Below, in pieces: positions 35,870 through 45,917 of a DNA stretch of 64,000 bases (position 1 is its first letter; every line of letters starts with the position of its first letter). The notes beneath the pieces were generated by a model that had not been told where the DNA came from, did no database searches, and was given only the letters and a program-made list of their open reading frames with translations. A program made the translations under genes and the position numbers. The stretch comes from Alphaproteobacteria bacterium (GTDB lineage: Bacteria > Pseudomonadota > Alphaproteobacteria > MPNO01 > UBA830): the NCBI GenBank assembly GCA_965243135.1, contig OZ251539.1, positions 4,352,001-4,416,000 on the forward strand, written 5' to 3'.

Positions 35870-35910
35870 GCAACGACATTGACGTTGCTTAGCAACGTGG
35901 TTGTCGATGC
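35870..35910. other. Palindrome / imperfect hairpin in an intergenic region
   Basis: ACGTTGCT-T-AGCAACGT perfect 8-1-8 core (35882-35898), extended imperfectly to about 41 bp. Confidence 0.55.
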
Positions 35911-36131
35911 AGCGTCCTGAAGGCGAACGCGCAACCACCGCAATGTCCAAGCGCCGAGGGAACGATTTCAAGCGTCGCATCGTCAGCGGGAACGGGCATG
36001 AATTCGGACGTCGCGAATCAATCGAGCGCGGAGACGACTTGCCGACTTCGTCGCTGACGCTCGACGAACTTCTCGTCAAGCCCGCGGAAGCGGGTCTATG
36101 GAGGGGAAACGCTGAATAAAAGGAGCTCGAT

Positions 36132-36752
36132 ATGCTTCCGGTCAACAGTCTGGATCAGGCGATCGAGAACATTTCCCGCTACCAAACCGAAATCCGGGAG
36201 TCGCCAGCACTCGCCGGACGGATGAGATTCGTGCGGGCATGGTACGCCATCGGAGACGGAACGTGGCTCTTCGCGCCGTCGAAATTCATCGGGTACACGA
36301 AGAACACCGCCGATGCCTATCTGTTGAAAGCCCGCAGCGATATGGACGGCCGGGATACCGAGCGCGTTCTTCAGGAATGGTTTGCGCCGGCCGATCGCAC
36401 AGCCGAGCTCGACGAGGCGCTGCAGAAGTTTCTCCAAAGCCGCGGACATTCCGCTCCGAACGCAAAGGCGCGAATTTGCGTTCTCAAGGAGAGCGGCAGG
36501 GAACGGCCGATCGACGCTTCCATCGACCCGGAGCTCAGGAAACGCATTCATTCGGACGCCGCGATCTGCGGCGGACGTCCGCTTATCCGGGGCACCCGGA
36601 TCCGGGTTTGCGACATTCTCGGCATGCTGGCCAATGGAGTGTCCGCGTCCGAGATGCTTGCCGACTATCCCTATCTGACCGAAGCGGATTTGAAAGCGGC
36701 TCTGGCCTTCGGCGCGGCGGCGACCGAGCGCCCCGCCGTCATCGCCTCCTGA
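36132..36752 (+). CDS. Fusion of an unknown N-terminal domain and a C-terminal DUF433 antitoxin domain
   Basis: AAGGAG RBS; N-terminal RAWYA..FAPSKFIGY..DGRDTE..L..WF; C-terminal ICGGRPLIRGTRIRV.DIL..LA.G....E.LADYPYL...D..AAL. Confidence 0.85.
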   Translation: MLPVNSLDQAIENISRYQTEIRESPALAGRMRFVRAWYAIGDGTWLFAPSKFIGYTKNTADAYLLKARSDMDGRDTERVLQEWFAPADRTAELDEALQKFLQSRGHSAPNAKARICVLKESGRERPIDASIDPELRKRIHSDAAICGGRPLIRGTRIRVCDILGMLANGVSASEMLADYPYLTEADLKAALAFGAAATERPAVIAS

Positions 36753-36855
36753 ACGAGGCTGGGCCCATGAGACGGAGCCGGGACGGTCCGGTAGTTCTCC
36801 AATATTCCGGGGGCAAGACCATATATGGACTGCGACGACCGACTCCCGCGAGCAC

Positions 36856-36963
36856 CTGCGCTTCCTGATGGATGCGCAACTGTCGCCAAGCTTGTCCCGG
36901 TGGCTCGCCCGGAAAGGTTATCCGTCGGAGCGCGTTAACCGTCTGGGTCTCGCGCGGCCATCG
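36856..36963 (+). pseudogene. Truncated DUF5615 PIN-like toxin (N-terminus only)
   Basis: LRFLMDAQLSPSLSRWLARKGYPSERVNRLGL matches the N-terminus of the usual DUF433 partner; similarity stops at the convergent gene. Confidence 0.7.
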
Positions 36964-37695
36964 TCAACGCGACAGCAACGCCGCCAGCTCCCGGTCGATC
37001 GCCGCGGCGAAAACGTACGCCTGCCTCGATTTGAGCGCGGCGGGCGAATCCGGACCGCCCGCCGCGCAGGCGTCGCAGGCGTTGAAACTGCTGAACGGCA
37101 CCGGCGCGACCTTCGTGGTCTCCTCCAGGCGCCGTTTTTCCTCTTCGGTCTCGGGTGCGATTTTTTCTCCGGAGCCGAGCAGTCGCGCGGCGGCCTCCTC
37201 GTCGCCGCCCGCCCTGCTCCGCGCCATGTCCATCCAGACGCGCTGATGCGCCGCCGCAGCGCGGTAATAGCCGCGCACGCAGCATTCGGGATAGCCGAGC
37301 AGCCGCGCCTCCTGCTCGACGCTGACGGCCCCGTTCTCGGGAATGCCCGCGACTTCCGCGGCCACGGCGCGGGCGCGGCAGACGTAGTAGGCGCGAAGCC
37401 CGGCAAGGGACTGGCGGGCGTGCGCCAGATACCAGTCGGGCAGGCCGGCGTCGGCGCCCGCGTCCCAGTACGGACCCTGCACGACGTGCAGGCCGGCTTC
37501 GCCGGCGATCCCCAGAAGGCCCTCCAGCCATTCCGCGGAGCCGTAGCCGCGGCCCAGCAGCGTGACCGGCTTGATCCCGGCCATCGTGGACAGCAGATCC
37601 AGCGCCTCCTGGGCCGCGGCGACGGGATCGGGCGCCGGTATGCGGCGCATCTTTTTCAGCGCGTTGCGTAGTTTCGCCTTGTTTGGAACGGCCAT
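36964..37695 (-). CDS. Hypothetical Cys-rich protein (DUF483-like LLGYPxCC motif)
   Basis: EARLLGYPECCV and FNACDAC; starts 6 bp after the emrB stop. Confidence 0.7.
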   Translation of the reverse strand: MAVPNKAKLRNALKKMRRIPAPDPVAAAQEALDLLSTMAGIKPVTLLGRGYGSAEWLEGLLGIAGEAGLHVVQGPYWDAGADAGLPDWYLAHARQSLAGLRAYYVCRARAVAAEVAGIPENGAVSVEQEARLLGYPECCVRGYYRAAAAHQRVWMDMARSRAGGDEEAAARLLGSGEKIAPETEEEKRRLEETTKVAPVPFSSFNACDACAAGGPDSPAALKSRQAYVFAAAIDRELAALLSR

Positions 37696-37701
37696 GTCCG
37701 C

Positions 37702-39213
37702 CTACCCGCCGGCCCCGGCCTCGCCGTCCCGAGACAGTAGAAGCACCATCGGGACGGCGGCCAGAGCGCCGATCGTTATCAGGTGAAAATCGTTGACGAA
37801 GCCGATGGCCATCGCCTGCCGCGATATCTCGCGTTGCAGGGCGGCCAGCCCCTCGACGGTCGAAAGATCCCAGGCGCCGGGCAACCACGGCGCGAGTTCG
37901 CCGTAGGGAACCGCGCGTTCCGACAGGTGCGCCTGCACGTTGGACTGGGTGCGCGACAACACGGCGATCACGACGGAGACCCCGATCCCGCTGCCGTAGT
38001 TGCGCATCAAACTGGTCAGGGTCGATGCCTCCGTGCGGAGGCGCACGGGCAGCGTCCAGAACGAGACCGCCGTCAACGGCACGAAAATCAGGCCGATGCC
38101 GATGCCGTTGAAGAACGCCGCGAAGACGAGCGGCCATATTCCGACCTCGGTCGTGAAAGTCGAAAAGAGCCAGGCCGAATAGGCGGTCGAGCCGAAACCG
38201 AGCGCGATCTGGATGCGCGGATCGACGATGCCGGACAGGCGGCCGGCGAGAACGAGCCCGAACAGCGTGCCCACGCCTCTCGGCATCATCACGATCGCCG
38301 CGGTGAGCACCGGCATGCCTCGCAGGTTCTGGAGGAACAGGGGCATGATCACGTTGAGCGACAGAACCAGCACGCCGAGCAGAAACATGAACGCGAGGCC
38401 CACGACGTAGTTGCGGTCGGCGAGGATGCCGCGGCTGATGAACGGGTTTTCCGTGGTCGCGCTGTGCGCGACGAAGAGATAGAACGACAAGGCGGCGACG
38501 GCGGCGGTCGCGACGATCAGCCCGGAATCGAACCATCCCTCGATCTCGCCCCGATCCAGCAGAAACTGGATCGAGGCCAGCGCGAGGCCGATGGCGGCGA
38601 AGCCGAACCAGTCGAAGCGCCGCTCGAGATCGCGCGGCGCCTCGCGGATGAAGAGCATGACGCCCGCTATGGCCGCCATTGCGAACGGAGTCGAAACGTA
38701 GAACACCCAGCGCCAGCTGTACTCGTCGGTCAGCCAGCCGCCGATCACGGGGCCCATGACCGGCGCGAAGGTCACGCCGGCTCCCCAGAGCGCAAGCGCC
38801 CGGCCGTGCAGTCGGCGCGGATAGGCGTCGAGCATCACCGCCTGGCTGACGGGAACCACGGGCGCGGAGAACATGCCCTGAAGCGCGCGGTAGACGAGGA
38901 TCTCCTCGATCGAGGACGCGTTGCCCGAGAGAACCGAACACGCCGCGAAACCGAACAGCGAAATCACGAACAGGCGCTTGCGGCCGATGCGGCCGGCAAG
39001 AAATCCGGTCGCCGACATCGTCACGGCCTGCATCATGAAATACGTCGTCATCACCCAGGAAATCTGGTCCTGATTGGCGCTCAGCCCGCCTTGCATATGA
39101 GGCAGGGCGATGGTGGCGATGGTCATGTCCATGATCACGACCGTCGTCGCCACCATCACCGACACCGTGATCATCGCGCGGTTGCCGTCCCGGGTCGGCG
39201 AGAGTCCGTTCAC
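37702..39213 (-). CDS. emrB: DHA2-family MFS multidrug efflux permease
   Basis: DMTIATIALPHMQG, SWVMTTY, RALQG, APVMGPVIGGW..WRWVFY, LDRGE..WF.S; 14-TM pattern. Confidence 0.92.
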   Translation of the reverse strand: MNGLSPTRDGNRAMITVSVMVATTVVIMDMTIATIALPHMQGGLSANQDQISWVMTTYFMMQAVTMSATGFLAGRIGRKRLFVISLFGFAACSVLSGNASSIEEILVYRALQGMFSAPVVPVSQAVMLDAYPRRLHGRALALWGAGVTFAPVMGPVIGGWLTDEYSWRWVFYVSTPFAMAAIAGVMLFIREAPRDLERRFDWFGFAAIGLALASIQFLLDRGEIEGWFDSGLIVATAAVAALSFYLFVAHSATTENPFISRGILADRNYVVGLAFMFLLGVLVLSLNVIMPLFLQNLRGMPVLTAAIVMMPRGVGTLFGLVLAGRLSGIVDPRIQIALGFGSTAYSAWLFSTFTTEVGIWPLVFAAFFNGIGIGLIFVPLTAVSFWTLPVRLRTEASTLTSLMRNYGSGIGVSVVIAVLSRTQSNVQAHLSERAVPYGELAPWLPGAWDLSTVEGLAALQREISRQAMAIGFVNDFHLITIGALAAVPMVLLLSRDGEAGAGG

Positions 39214-39250
39214 CGGCGCTCTCCGCCGGCAAGTCTCGCGAACGCCGCGT

Positions 39251-40267
39251 TCACCAGACGAACAGGGAGCGTTCGCGACCGGTATCGATCCTGACGCTCA
39301 CCGTCATGCCGGCCCGGAGCCGCAGATCCGGGTGAAGATCCTCGAAGACCAGGCGCACGGGTACGCGCTGAACCACCTTTACCCAATTGCCGGTCGCGTT
39401 CTGGGGCGGCAGCACGGAAAGCTCGGCCCCGGTGGACGGGCTGATCGATGCGACCCGCGCCGTCCAGCGGCGATCGGGATAGGCGTCGACAACCACGCGG
39501 GCGGGCTGGCCCGGCGAGACGTGGGCGAGCTGCGTCTCCTTGAGATTCGCCTCGATCCAGACGTCGTCGGTGCGGACGATGGGGATCACCGCCCTGCCCT
39601 TCGTGACGTATTCGCCCGCCTGCAGCGAGACCTTGCCGACGATGCCGCTGGCCGGCGCCGAGATCTTCGTTCGGCGCAGATCGAGCGCGGCGCGGGCGCG
39701 GCGGGCCATGGCCCGCCGGTAAAGCGGGTGATCTTCGACCTTCGTGTCGTGGCGGCCGCCGAGGCGCGCGACCGCGCTGGACATCTTCCCCCTGAGAGCG
39801 CGGGCCGCGATCCGCGCACGAGCCAGTTCGCCGGATCTCGCCTGCGAGACGGCGTCGAGCGCGGAAAGGAGACGCCGCCGCTCGAAGGCGTCCTCGAGGC
39901 GAGCGATTTTCCGCTCGGTCTCCGTCAGTTCGGCCCGCGCCGTTTGATATTCGACGCGCAACGCGGCCAGGCGGCTGCGGACGTTCGCCAGTTCCGCGTC
40001 CGCCCTGGCGATCTCGATGCGATGCGGTTCGGGATCGAGCTCGAACAGCAGATCGCCGCGGGAAACCCTGTCGTTTTCCCCGACCGGCACGCGGACGGCG
40101 CGGCCGTCGATGTCGGCGCTGACCGCGACGTGCTGCGCCTTCACGTAAGCGTTCTCCGTGCTCACGTAGCGGGTGCCCTTGATCCAGTAATGTCCGCCGG
40201 CGAGAAGCGCGCAGGCCGGCGCCGCGACCAGCAGCGCGATACGGACGAGCGCGCGCCGCATCGTCAC
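39251..40267 (-). CDS. emrA: HlyD/EmrA membrane fusion protein
   Basis: STENAYV, ANLKETQL, LPPQNATGNWVKVVQRVPVR. GTG start overlaps the MarR stop (alternative ATG at 40261). Confidence 0.92.
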   Translation of the reverse strand: MTMRRALVRIALLVAAPACALLAGGHYWIKGTRYVSTENAYVKAQHVAVSADIDGRAVRVPVGENDRVSRGDLLFELDPEPHRIEIARADAELANVRSRLAALRVEYQTARAELTETERKIARLEDAFERRRLLSALDAVSQARSGELARARIAARALRGKMSSAVARLGGRHDTKVEDHPLYRRAMARRARAALDLRRTKISAPASGIVGKVSLQAGEYVTKGRAVIPIVRTDDVWIEANLKETQLAHVSPGQPARVVVDAYPDRRWTARVASISPSTGAELSVLPPQNATGNWVKVVQRVPVRLVFEDLHPDLRLRAGMTVSVRIDTGRERSLFVW

Positions 40268-40719
40268 GCCTCCGCCGGCCCCGCCATCGACGCGAGGTTG
40301 CCCTTTATGCGGCTGAGCAGCGCGTGCAGGCGATCCGCGTCCTCTCCCGAGAGGCCGTCGAGCATGCCTTCCAGCACGTCGCCGGCATGACCGTACATGC
40401 GGTCGAGAATCGGCTTCGCCCGGCCGGTCAGGAACAGGCGCCGGGTTCGCGCGTCGCCGGGATCCGTCCGGCGTTCCACCCAACCCTTGGCTTCCAGCCG
40501 CTCGACGAGCTTGCCGAGGGTCGGCTTGCGGATTTCGAGTTCGGACGCGAGTTCGGTCTGGGTGCAGCCCTCGCGGCGGCTGAGCCGGATCATCACCCGC
40601 CACTGCGAACGCGTCATTCCGAGCGGCTCGACGCGCCGGTCGTAGACGACGCGGATCATCCGCGAGAGATCGCCGATCAGGTATCCCAGATTGTCGGGCG
40701 GTACGGGTCTTGTCGCCAT
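40264..40719 (-). CDS. MarR/SlyA-family transcriptional regulator
   Basis: LGMTRSQWRV..TQTELA..LE...PTLGKLVERLEAKGWVER..DAR..RLFLT. Confidence 0.92.
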   Translation of the reverse strand: MATRPVPPDNLGYLIGDLSRMIRVVYDRRVEPLGMTRSQWRVMIRLSRREGCTQTELASELEIRKPTLGKLVERLEAKGWVERRTDPGDARTRRLFLTGRAKPILDRMYGHAGDVLEGMLDGLSGEDADRLHALLSRIKGNLASMAGPAEA

Positions 40720-40739
40720 GCGCTTTCCCGGACGGATAG

Positions 40740-40788
40740 TAAGCCGGCTTATCGTCATCTATACCGCAGCTCCCTCCGCATGTATAAT
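40740..40788. promoter_or_regulatory. Divergent promoter region: palindrome TAAGCCGGCTTA (probable MarR operator) and TATAAT -10 box for the TauD operon
   Basis: Perfect 12-bp palindrome at 40740-40751; TATAAT at 40783-40788. Confidence 0.6.
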
Positions 40789-40814
40789 CGGAGCCCGGCT
40801 GTCAGACGGATGCC

Positions 40815-41681
40815 ATGATGGAAGTCGTACCGCTGTCCGAGGCGCTGGGCGCCGAAATCCGGGGCGTCGACCTGCGCGATCCCCTGGACGACGAAACCCG
40901 CCGGTCGCTCGTCGACGCCTGGCGCAAGCATATCGTCCTGCTTTTCCGCGGCCAGGAGCTCGACATCGGCCGCCAGACCGCGTTCGCCGCCCTTTTCGGC
41001 GAGGTCGGGCGTCATTTCCGGCCGAAGGAGATCAGGAACGAGGCGGAAGAACTCGGCCCCAACGTCATGCTGGTCTCGAACGTCCGCAAGAACGGCAAGC
41101 CGATCGGCTCGATACCCGACGGCGAAATGATGTTTCATTCCGACACGCCCTATGTCGAGCGCCCCCACAAGGCGACCGTGCTGTACGCTGTCGAGATCCC
41201 CTCGACGGGAGGGAACACGCTTGTCGCCAACAGCTACGCGGCCGCCGAAACCCTGCCCGCGGACGTCAAGCGGCGCCTCGCCGGACGCAAGGCGGTCCAT
41301 GCGTTCGAGTACGGCGCGACCCTGAAGTCCGGCAGGTTCGATCGCAGCGCTGCGCCGCACCATGCGCACCCGGTGTTCCGCAAGCATCCGGCGACCGGAC
41401 GGTCGGCGCTCTTCGTCAGCGAGTTGATGACGGAGGAAATCGTCGGCCTGCCGGAGGAGGAAAGCCGCGATCTTCTCGATCTGCTGTTCGCCCACCAGCG
41501 CCGGCCTGAATTCGTCCACGAGCACGTCTGGCGCCCCGGCGACCTGCTGATCTGGGACAACCGTTGCAGCATTCACGCCCGCACGGATTTCCCGCGCGAG
41601 GAGCGCCGCCTGCTGCGCCGCCTGACGGTGCTCGACGAGCATCCGGTCCTCATGGGCGAACCGCCCGGACTGCCGGCATGA
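40815..41681 (+). CDS. TauD/TfdA Fe(II)/2-oxoglutarate dioxygenase 1
   Basis: FHSD, GGNT, WDNRCSIHAR, RLLRR. Confidence 0.93.
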   Translation: MMEVVPLSEALGAEIRGVDLRDPLDDETRRSLVDAWRKHIVLLFRGQELDIGRQTAFAALFGEVGRHFRPKEIRNEAEELGPNVMLVSNVRKNGKPIGSIPDGEMMFHSDTPYVERPHKATVLYAVEIPSTGGNTLVANSYAAAETLPADVKRRLAGRKAVHAFEYGATLKSGRFDRSAAPHHAHPVFRKHPATGRSALFVSELMTEEIVGLPEEESRDLLDLLFAHQRRPEFVHEHVWRPGDLLIWDNRCSIHARTDFPREERRLLRRLTVLDEHPVLMGEPPGLPA

Positions 41682-42532
41682 CCTTCGAGACCGTTCCGCT
41701 CTCGGACGCGCTCGGCGCCGAGATAAAAGGGCTCGACCTGTCGCGACCGATCGACGAAGCGACCGCCGCGGCGATCGAAAACGCCTGGGCCGAGCATATC
41801 GTGCTTCTGTTCCGCGATCAGCGCCTCGACGAGGACCGCCAGCTCGCGTTCGCCGCGCGCTTCGGCGAACTCGGCGCGCGCGCCCGTCCGCCGGAGCGCC
41901 GTCCCGAAGGGGCGGACTACAACGACGCCGTCATGCTGGTCTCGAACGTCAAGAGGAACGGCGCCTACATCGGCTCGCTCCAGGACGGCGAGATGTGGTT
42001 CCACCACGACATGTGCTACGACCCCGCGCCCTACAAGGGAACCTTTCTCTACGCGATCGAGCTTCCGTCGACGGGAGGCAACACGCTGTTCGCCAACATG
42101 TACAAGGCCTACGAACGGCTCCCGGCGGCGACGCGAGAACGCATCCGCGGGCGGCGCGCCTTGCAGGTCTACGATTTCGCGATGCGCGAGCGAGTCGACA
42201 TCTCGGAAGACATCCGGAAGTACAAGCACTGCGTGCAACCGGTGTCGATCTCGCATCCGGTCACCGGGCGGCGGGCGCTATACGTCAACCCGCTGATCAC
42301 CGCGCGCATCGAGGGCCTTCCCGAGCGCGAGAGCGACGAACTGCTCGAAGAGCTCTTCGCGTTCACGCAGGACCGGGAGATCATCTACGAGCACGAATGG
42401 CGGATCGGAGACCTGACGATGTGGGACAATTGGAGTTCGTGTCACGCGCGGACGGATTTTCCCGCCGCCGAGCGGCGGATGCTGCGGCGTTGCATCATCA
42501 AGGGACAGCCGCTTTACGAGGAGGCGACATGA
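41678..42532 (+). CDS. TauD/TfdA dioxygenase 2
   Basis: FHHD, GGNTLFANMY, WDNWSSCHAR; ATGA coupling. Confidence 0.93.
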   Translation: MTFETVPLSDALGAEIKGLDLSRPIDEATAAAIENAWAEHIVLLFRDQRLDEDRQLAFAARFGELGARARPPERRPEGADYNDAVMLVSNVKRNGAYIGSLQDGEMWFHHDMCYDPAPYKGTFLYAIELPSTGGNTLFANMYKAYERLPAATRERIRGRRALQVYDFAMRERVDISEDIRKYKHCVQPVSISHPVTGRRALYVNPLITARIEGLPERESDELLEELFAFTQDREIIYEHEWRIGDLTMWDNWSSCHARTDFPAAERRMLRRCIIKGQPLYEEAT

Positions 42533-43374
42533 CGTTCGACATCGCCAAGCTGGCGCCCGCCATCGGGGCCGAGATCCGCGGCATCGACCTCAACAGGGAC
42601 CAGTCCCCGGAGACGGTCGCGGCGATCAACCGGATCTGGCTGGAGCACGTCATCCTGCTGTTCCGCGGCCAGAACCTGACGCCGGAACGTCAGGTCCACG
42701 TCACCCGCTGGTTCGGCGAGCTCGGGTATCTGGCGCGTCCCAAGGAATTCCGCACCAGCGGACACGACGAACTGCCGGACGGCGTGATGCTGATCTCCAA
42801 CATCCGCGAGAACGGCGAGCCGATCGGGGCCTTGCCCGACGGCGAGATGATGTTCCATCACGACATGATGCACGCGGAAGTCCCGCACAAGGCGACCATG
42901 CTGTATGCGGTCGAGATTCCGTCGACCGGCGGGAATACGCTGTTCGCCAACGGATACGCCGCCTACGACACGCTGCCGGACGAAATCCGCCGACCGCTGG
43001 AAGGGCGACGCGCCTTTCACCATTACAATTACGGCTCGGTGAAGAAGGGCGACGGCAAGGGAACGCCCGCGTTCGCGCAGTCCGATCATCCGGTCTTCCG
43101 CACCCATGACCAGACCGGAAAGAAGGCGATCTACGTCAACCGCCTGATGACCGAAGGCATCCTCGACATGGATCAGGAGGAAGCCGACGGGCTGCTCGCC
43201 GTGGTGTTCGATCATTCGGAAAGGCGGGAGTTCGTCTACGAGCACGAATGGCGGGTGGGAGATCTGCTGTTGTGGGACAACCGGTGCTCCATGCACGCGC
43301 GCACGGATTTCCCGGAGAACGAACGCCGGCTGCTCTGGAGAACCACGGTGTCCGGCGACGGCCCGCCGGCATAG
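42529..43374 (+). CDS. TauD/TfdA dioxygenase 3
   Basis: FHHD, GGNTLFAN, WDNRCSMHAR; ATGA coupling. Confidence 0.93.
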   Translation: MTFDIAKLAPAIGAEIRGIDLNRDQSPETVAAINRIWLEHVILLFRGQNLTPERQVHVTRWFGELGYLARPKEFRTSGHDELPDGVMLISNIRENGEPIGALPDGEMMFHHDMMHAEVPHKATMLYAVEIPSTGGNTLFANGYAAYDTLPDEIRRPLEGRRAFHHYNYGSVKKGDGKGTPAFAQSDHPVFRTHDQTGKKAIYVNRLMTEGILDMDQEEADGLLAVVFDHSERREFVYEHEWRVGDLLLWDNRCSMHARTDFPENERRLLWRTTVSGDGPPA

Positions 43375-43378
43375 GCGT

Positions 43379-44191
43379 ATGGGCAAGCTTCTCACGGACG
43401 AACAGGTTGCCGCGTACCGAGAGGACGGCTGCGTTTTTCCCTTTCGCGCCGACGGGCCGGAAGAGGCCGCGGCGAATTACCGACGTTACGCCGCGCTGGA
43501 AGCCGCGACCGGCGCGGAGCCGCAATCCCGATACAAGATCAAGGCGCATCTGCCTTTCCCGTGGATGTGGAACATCGTGCGCAACCGCAACATCCTCGAC
43601 GCGGTGGAGGATTTGATCGGTTCGGACATCCTGTGCTGGGGCTCGTCGTTCTTCACGAAGAAGGCCGGAGACCGCCGCTTCGTTTCGTGGCATCAGGACT
43701 CGACCTATTACGGACTTTCCGAGCCCGAAACCGTCACCGTCTGGTACGCCTTCACGAAGTCCGACGCGGAGGCGGGCTGCATGAGATTCATCCCGGGATC
43801 GCACCGGGACGGCATCCTCGAGCACGACGAGACCTGGGCGAAGGACAATCTCCTCATGCGCGGCCAGACCGTCCGCGGCATCGACGAGGCGGCGGCGGTC
43901 GACGTGCAGCTCGAACCGGGCGAGTTCTCGATCCATCATGAATCCGTGGTGCACGGATCGGGGCCCAACGACGCCGGTCACGAGCGCATCGGCCTTTCCA
44001 TCCATTACGTCGCGCCCCGAATTCGCCAGACCCGCCTCGGCCACGCCGCCGCGACCCTGGTGCGGGGCGCCGACACGCACGGTCACTGGCTCGAAGATCC
44101 GGAACCGGCCGGGGATTTCGACCCGGCCTGCCTCGCGGCCCTCGACGCCACCTACGGCGAGTACCGATCGGGCGTAGGCAAGCGGAACTGA
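43379..44191 (+). CDS. PhyH-family Fe(II)/2-oxoglutarate dioxygenase
   Basis: WHQD, GCMRFIPGSH, VHGSGPN...RIG. Confidence 0.92.
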   Translation: MGKLLTDEQVAAYREDGCVFPFRADGPEEAAANYRRYAALEAATGAEPQSRYKIKAHLPFPWMWNIVRNRNILDAVEDLIGSDILCWGSSFFTKKAGDRRFVSWHQDSTYYGLSEPETVTVWYAFTKSDAEAGCMRFIPGSHRDGILEHDETWAKDNLLMRGQTVRGIDEAAAVDVQLEPGEFSIHHESVVHGSGPNDAGHERIGLSIHYVAPRIRQTRLGHAAATLVRGADTHGHWLEDPEPAGDFDPACLAALDATYGEYRSGVGKRN

Positions 44192-44523
44192 TGCCGAAGG
44201 TTCCGACCGGGGAGCAGCCGAACCGCGGCGCCGCGACGGCGGCCGGTCGGCCTGCCGTCCGCAAGCGGAGACGCCGCTGGAATCGGGGCGGGCGTCGTTC
44301 CGCGAGACCATGCGCTCGTCCGACGACGCTTTGCTATCCATCTCGCGCCCGCCGCGCGGACGCATTTCGAGAACGCGGCGGCGTCCGTGCGGCCAAGACC
44401 GACGCGGCCGCCGGATCGAAGAGCCGGATTGCGAAATGCCGCCGGAGAGCCTGCGCGCGGCCGACGAGCGCCTGCGCCGCTGCGAGACCGCGACGCCGAT
44501 ACCCAACAGCCCGGGAGCGCGAC

Positions 44524-45000
44524 ATGACAGAAACGAAAACCGCGGGCTTCGATCCGCTGCAGTTGCCCGCCACGATCCGAAATCCCTACCCGCCGCCCTA
44601 CGACGACGTCCTGTCCGGACGCCGCCGCCGGGGGATCGGCGACCCGCACGGACTCACGGCGTTTGGGGTCAATCTCACGGACCTCGATCCGGGCGGCGTT
44701 TCCGCGCTGCGCCACTGGCACACGAAGGAGGACGAGTTCGTCTACGTCGTGGAGGGAACGCCGACGCTGGTCACCGACTCCGGGGAGCAGCTTCTGGAAC
44801 CGGGCATGTGCGCCTGTTTCCCTGCGAATTCCGGCGACGGGCACCGGCTCGAAAACCGCACCGACGGCGTCGTCCGCTATCTCGAAATCGGCAACCGGTC
44901 GAACGGCGAGGAAGTTCATTACCCGGATTCGGACATGATCCTAGAGAAATCGGAAGACGGCGAGCGGCGTTTCCGGCGCATGGACGGCACTCCCTATTGA
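44524..45000 (+). CDS. Cupin_2 domain protein
   Basis: GLTAFGVNL..L.PG..SALRHWH..EDEFVYV.EG...GH.LEN. Confidence 0.88.
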   Translation: MTETKTAGFDPLQLPATIRNPYPPPYDDVLSGRRRRGIGDPHGLTAFGVNLTDLDPGGVSALRHWHTKEDEFVYVVEGTPTLVTDSGEQLLEPGMCACFPANSGDGHRLENRTDGVVRYLEIGNRSNGEEVHYPDSDMILEKSEDGERRFRRMDGTPY

Positions 45001-45917
45001 TCCGGCGCGGCCTCGAGGCGATCGCCGACAGGGCCGCGCCGCTCATGGCCGGCGCGTTGATCGCCGGCTTCGCGATACCGGCGGTCTCGGATTTTTTCCG
45101 TTCCGTCATCCTGCACGCCATCGTCGTCGTTCTCACGGTGGCGATGATCCGTCTGGACGTGAACCGCTTCCGGGCCTACGCCCGGCGGCCCGCGACGCTC
45201 GCCGCGATCGCGGCCGTCAACATGGTCGCGGCGCCGTTGTTCGTCTGGGCCGCGCTGCGCCAGTTCCAGGCGCCGTCAGCCCTCGAACAGGGGCTGATCC
45301 TGATGGCGGCGGCTCCCATGATCAGCTCGGCGATCGCGCTGGCGGCCATTCTCGAACTCGACACGGCGCTCGCCGTCGCGGTCATGGTCGCGACCTATGC
45401 CGTGGCGCCGCTGACGCTGCCGGTCCTTTCCCTGTGGCTGATCGATCTCGACATCGACGCGGGCGAAATTTTCGTTCGTCTTTTCGGGCTGGTCGCCGGT
45501 CCGGCGCTCGCGGCCTTCCTTTTGCGGCGATGGCGGCCGGCGCGGAGCGCGCGCTACGCCCGCGCGATCGACGGGATCGGCGTTCTCGCGGTGGTCGCGT
45601 TCTGCCTCGGGATCATGTCGGGCCTCCAGGAATTCGCGCTGGATAATCCCGGCTACGTCGGGCTGACGCTGGCGGCCGCCTTCGCGGCCAATATCGGCCT
45701 TCAGGCGTTCGGCACGGCGCTCTTTCTGCGCATAGGGCGGCGCGAGGCTTTGACGGTCGGGCTCGTGACCGGCAACACCAATCTCGGCTTGGTCATGGTG
45801 ACGCTGGCCGACAGGGCCTCGCCGGAACTAGTGGCTTATTTCGTGCTCGGGCAGGTGCCGATGTATTTCCTGCCGGTCTTCGCGCTTCCCGTCTACCGCC
45901 GATTGATGCGCGAATGA
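44997..45917 (+). CDS. BASS/SBF-like (sodium:solute symporter) membrane transporter 1
   Basis: About 10 hydrophobic segments, AAAPMISS, GLVTGNTNLGL, GQVPMYFLP; TTG start overlaps the cupin stop. Confidence 0.75.
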   Translation: MIRRGLEAIADRAAPLMAGALIAGFAIPAVSDFFRSVILHAIVVVLTVAMIRLDVNRFRAYARRPATLAAIAAVNMVAAPLFVWAALRQFQAPSALEQGLILMAAAPMISSAIALAAILELDTALAVAVMVATYAVAPLTLPVLSLWLIDLDIDAGEIFVRLFGLVAGPALAAFLLRRWRPARSARYARAIDGIGVLAVVAFCLGIMSGLQEFALDNPGYVGLTLAAAFAANIGLQAFGTALFLRIGRREALTVGLVTGNTNLGLVMVTLADRASPELVAYFVLGQVPMYFLPVFALPVYRRLMRE

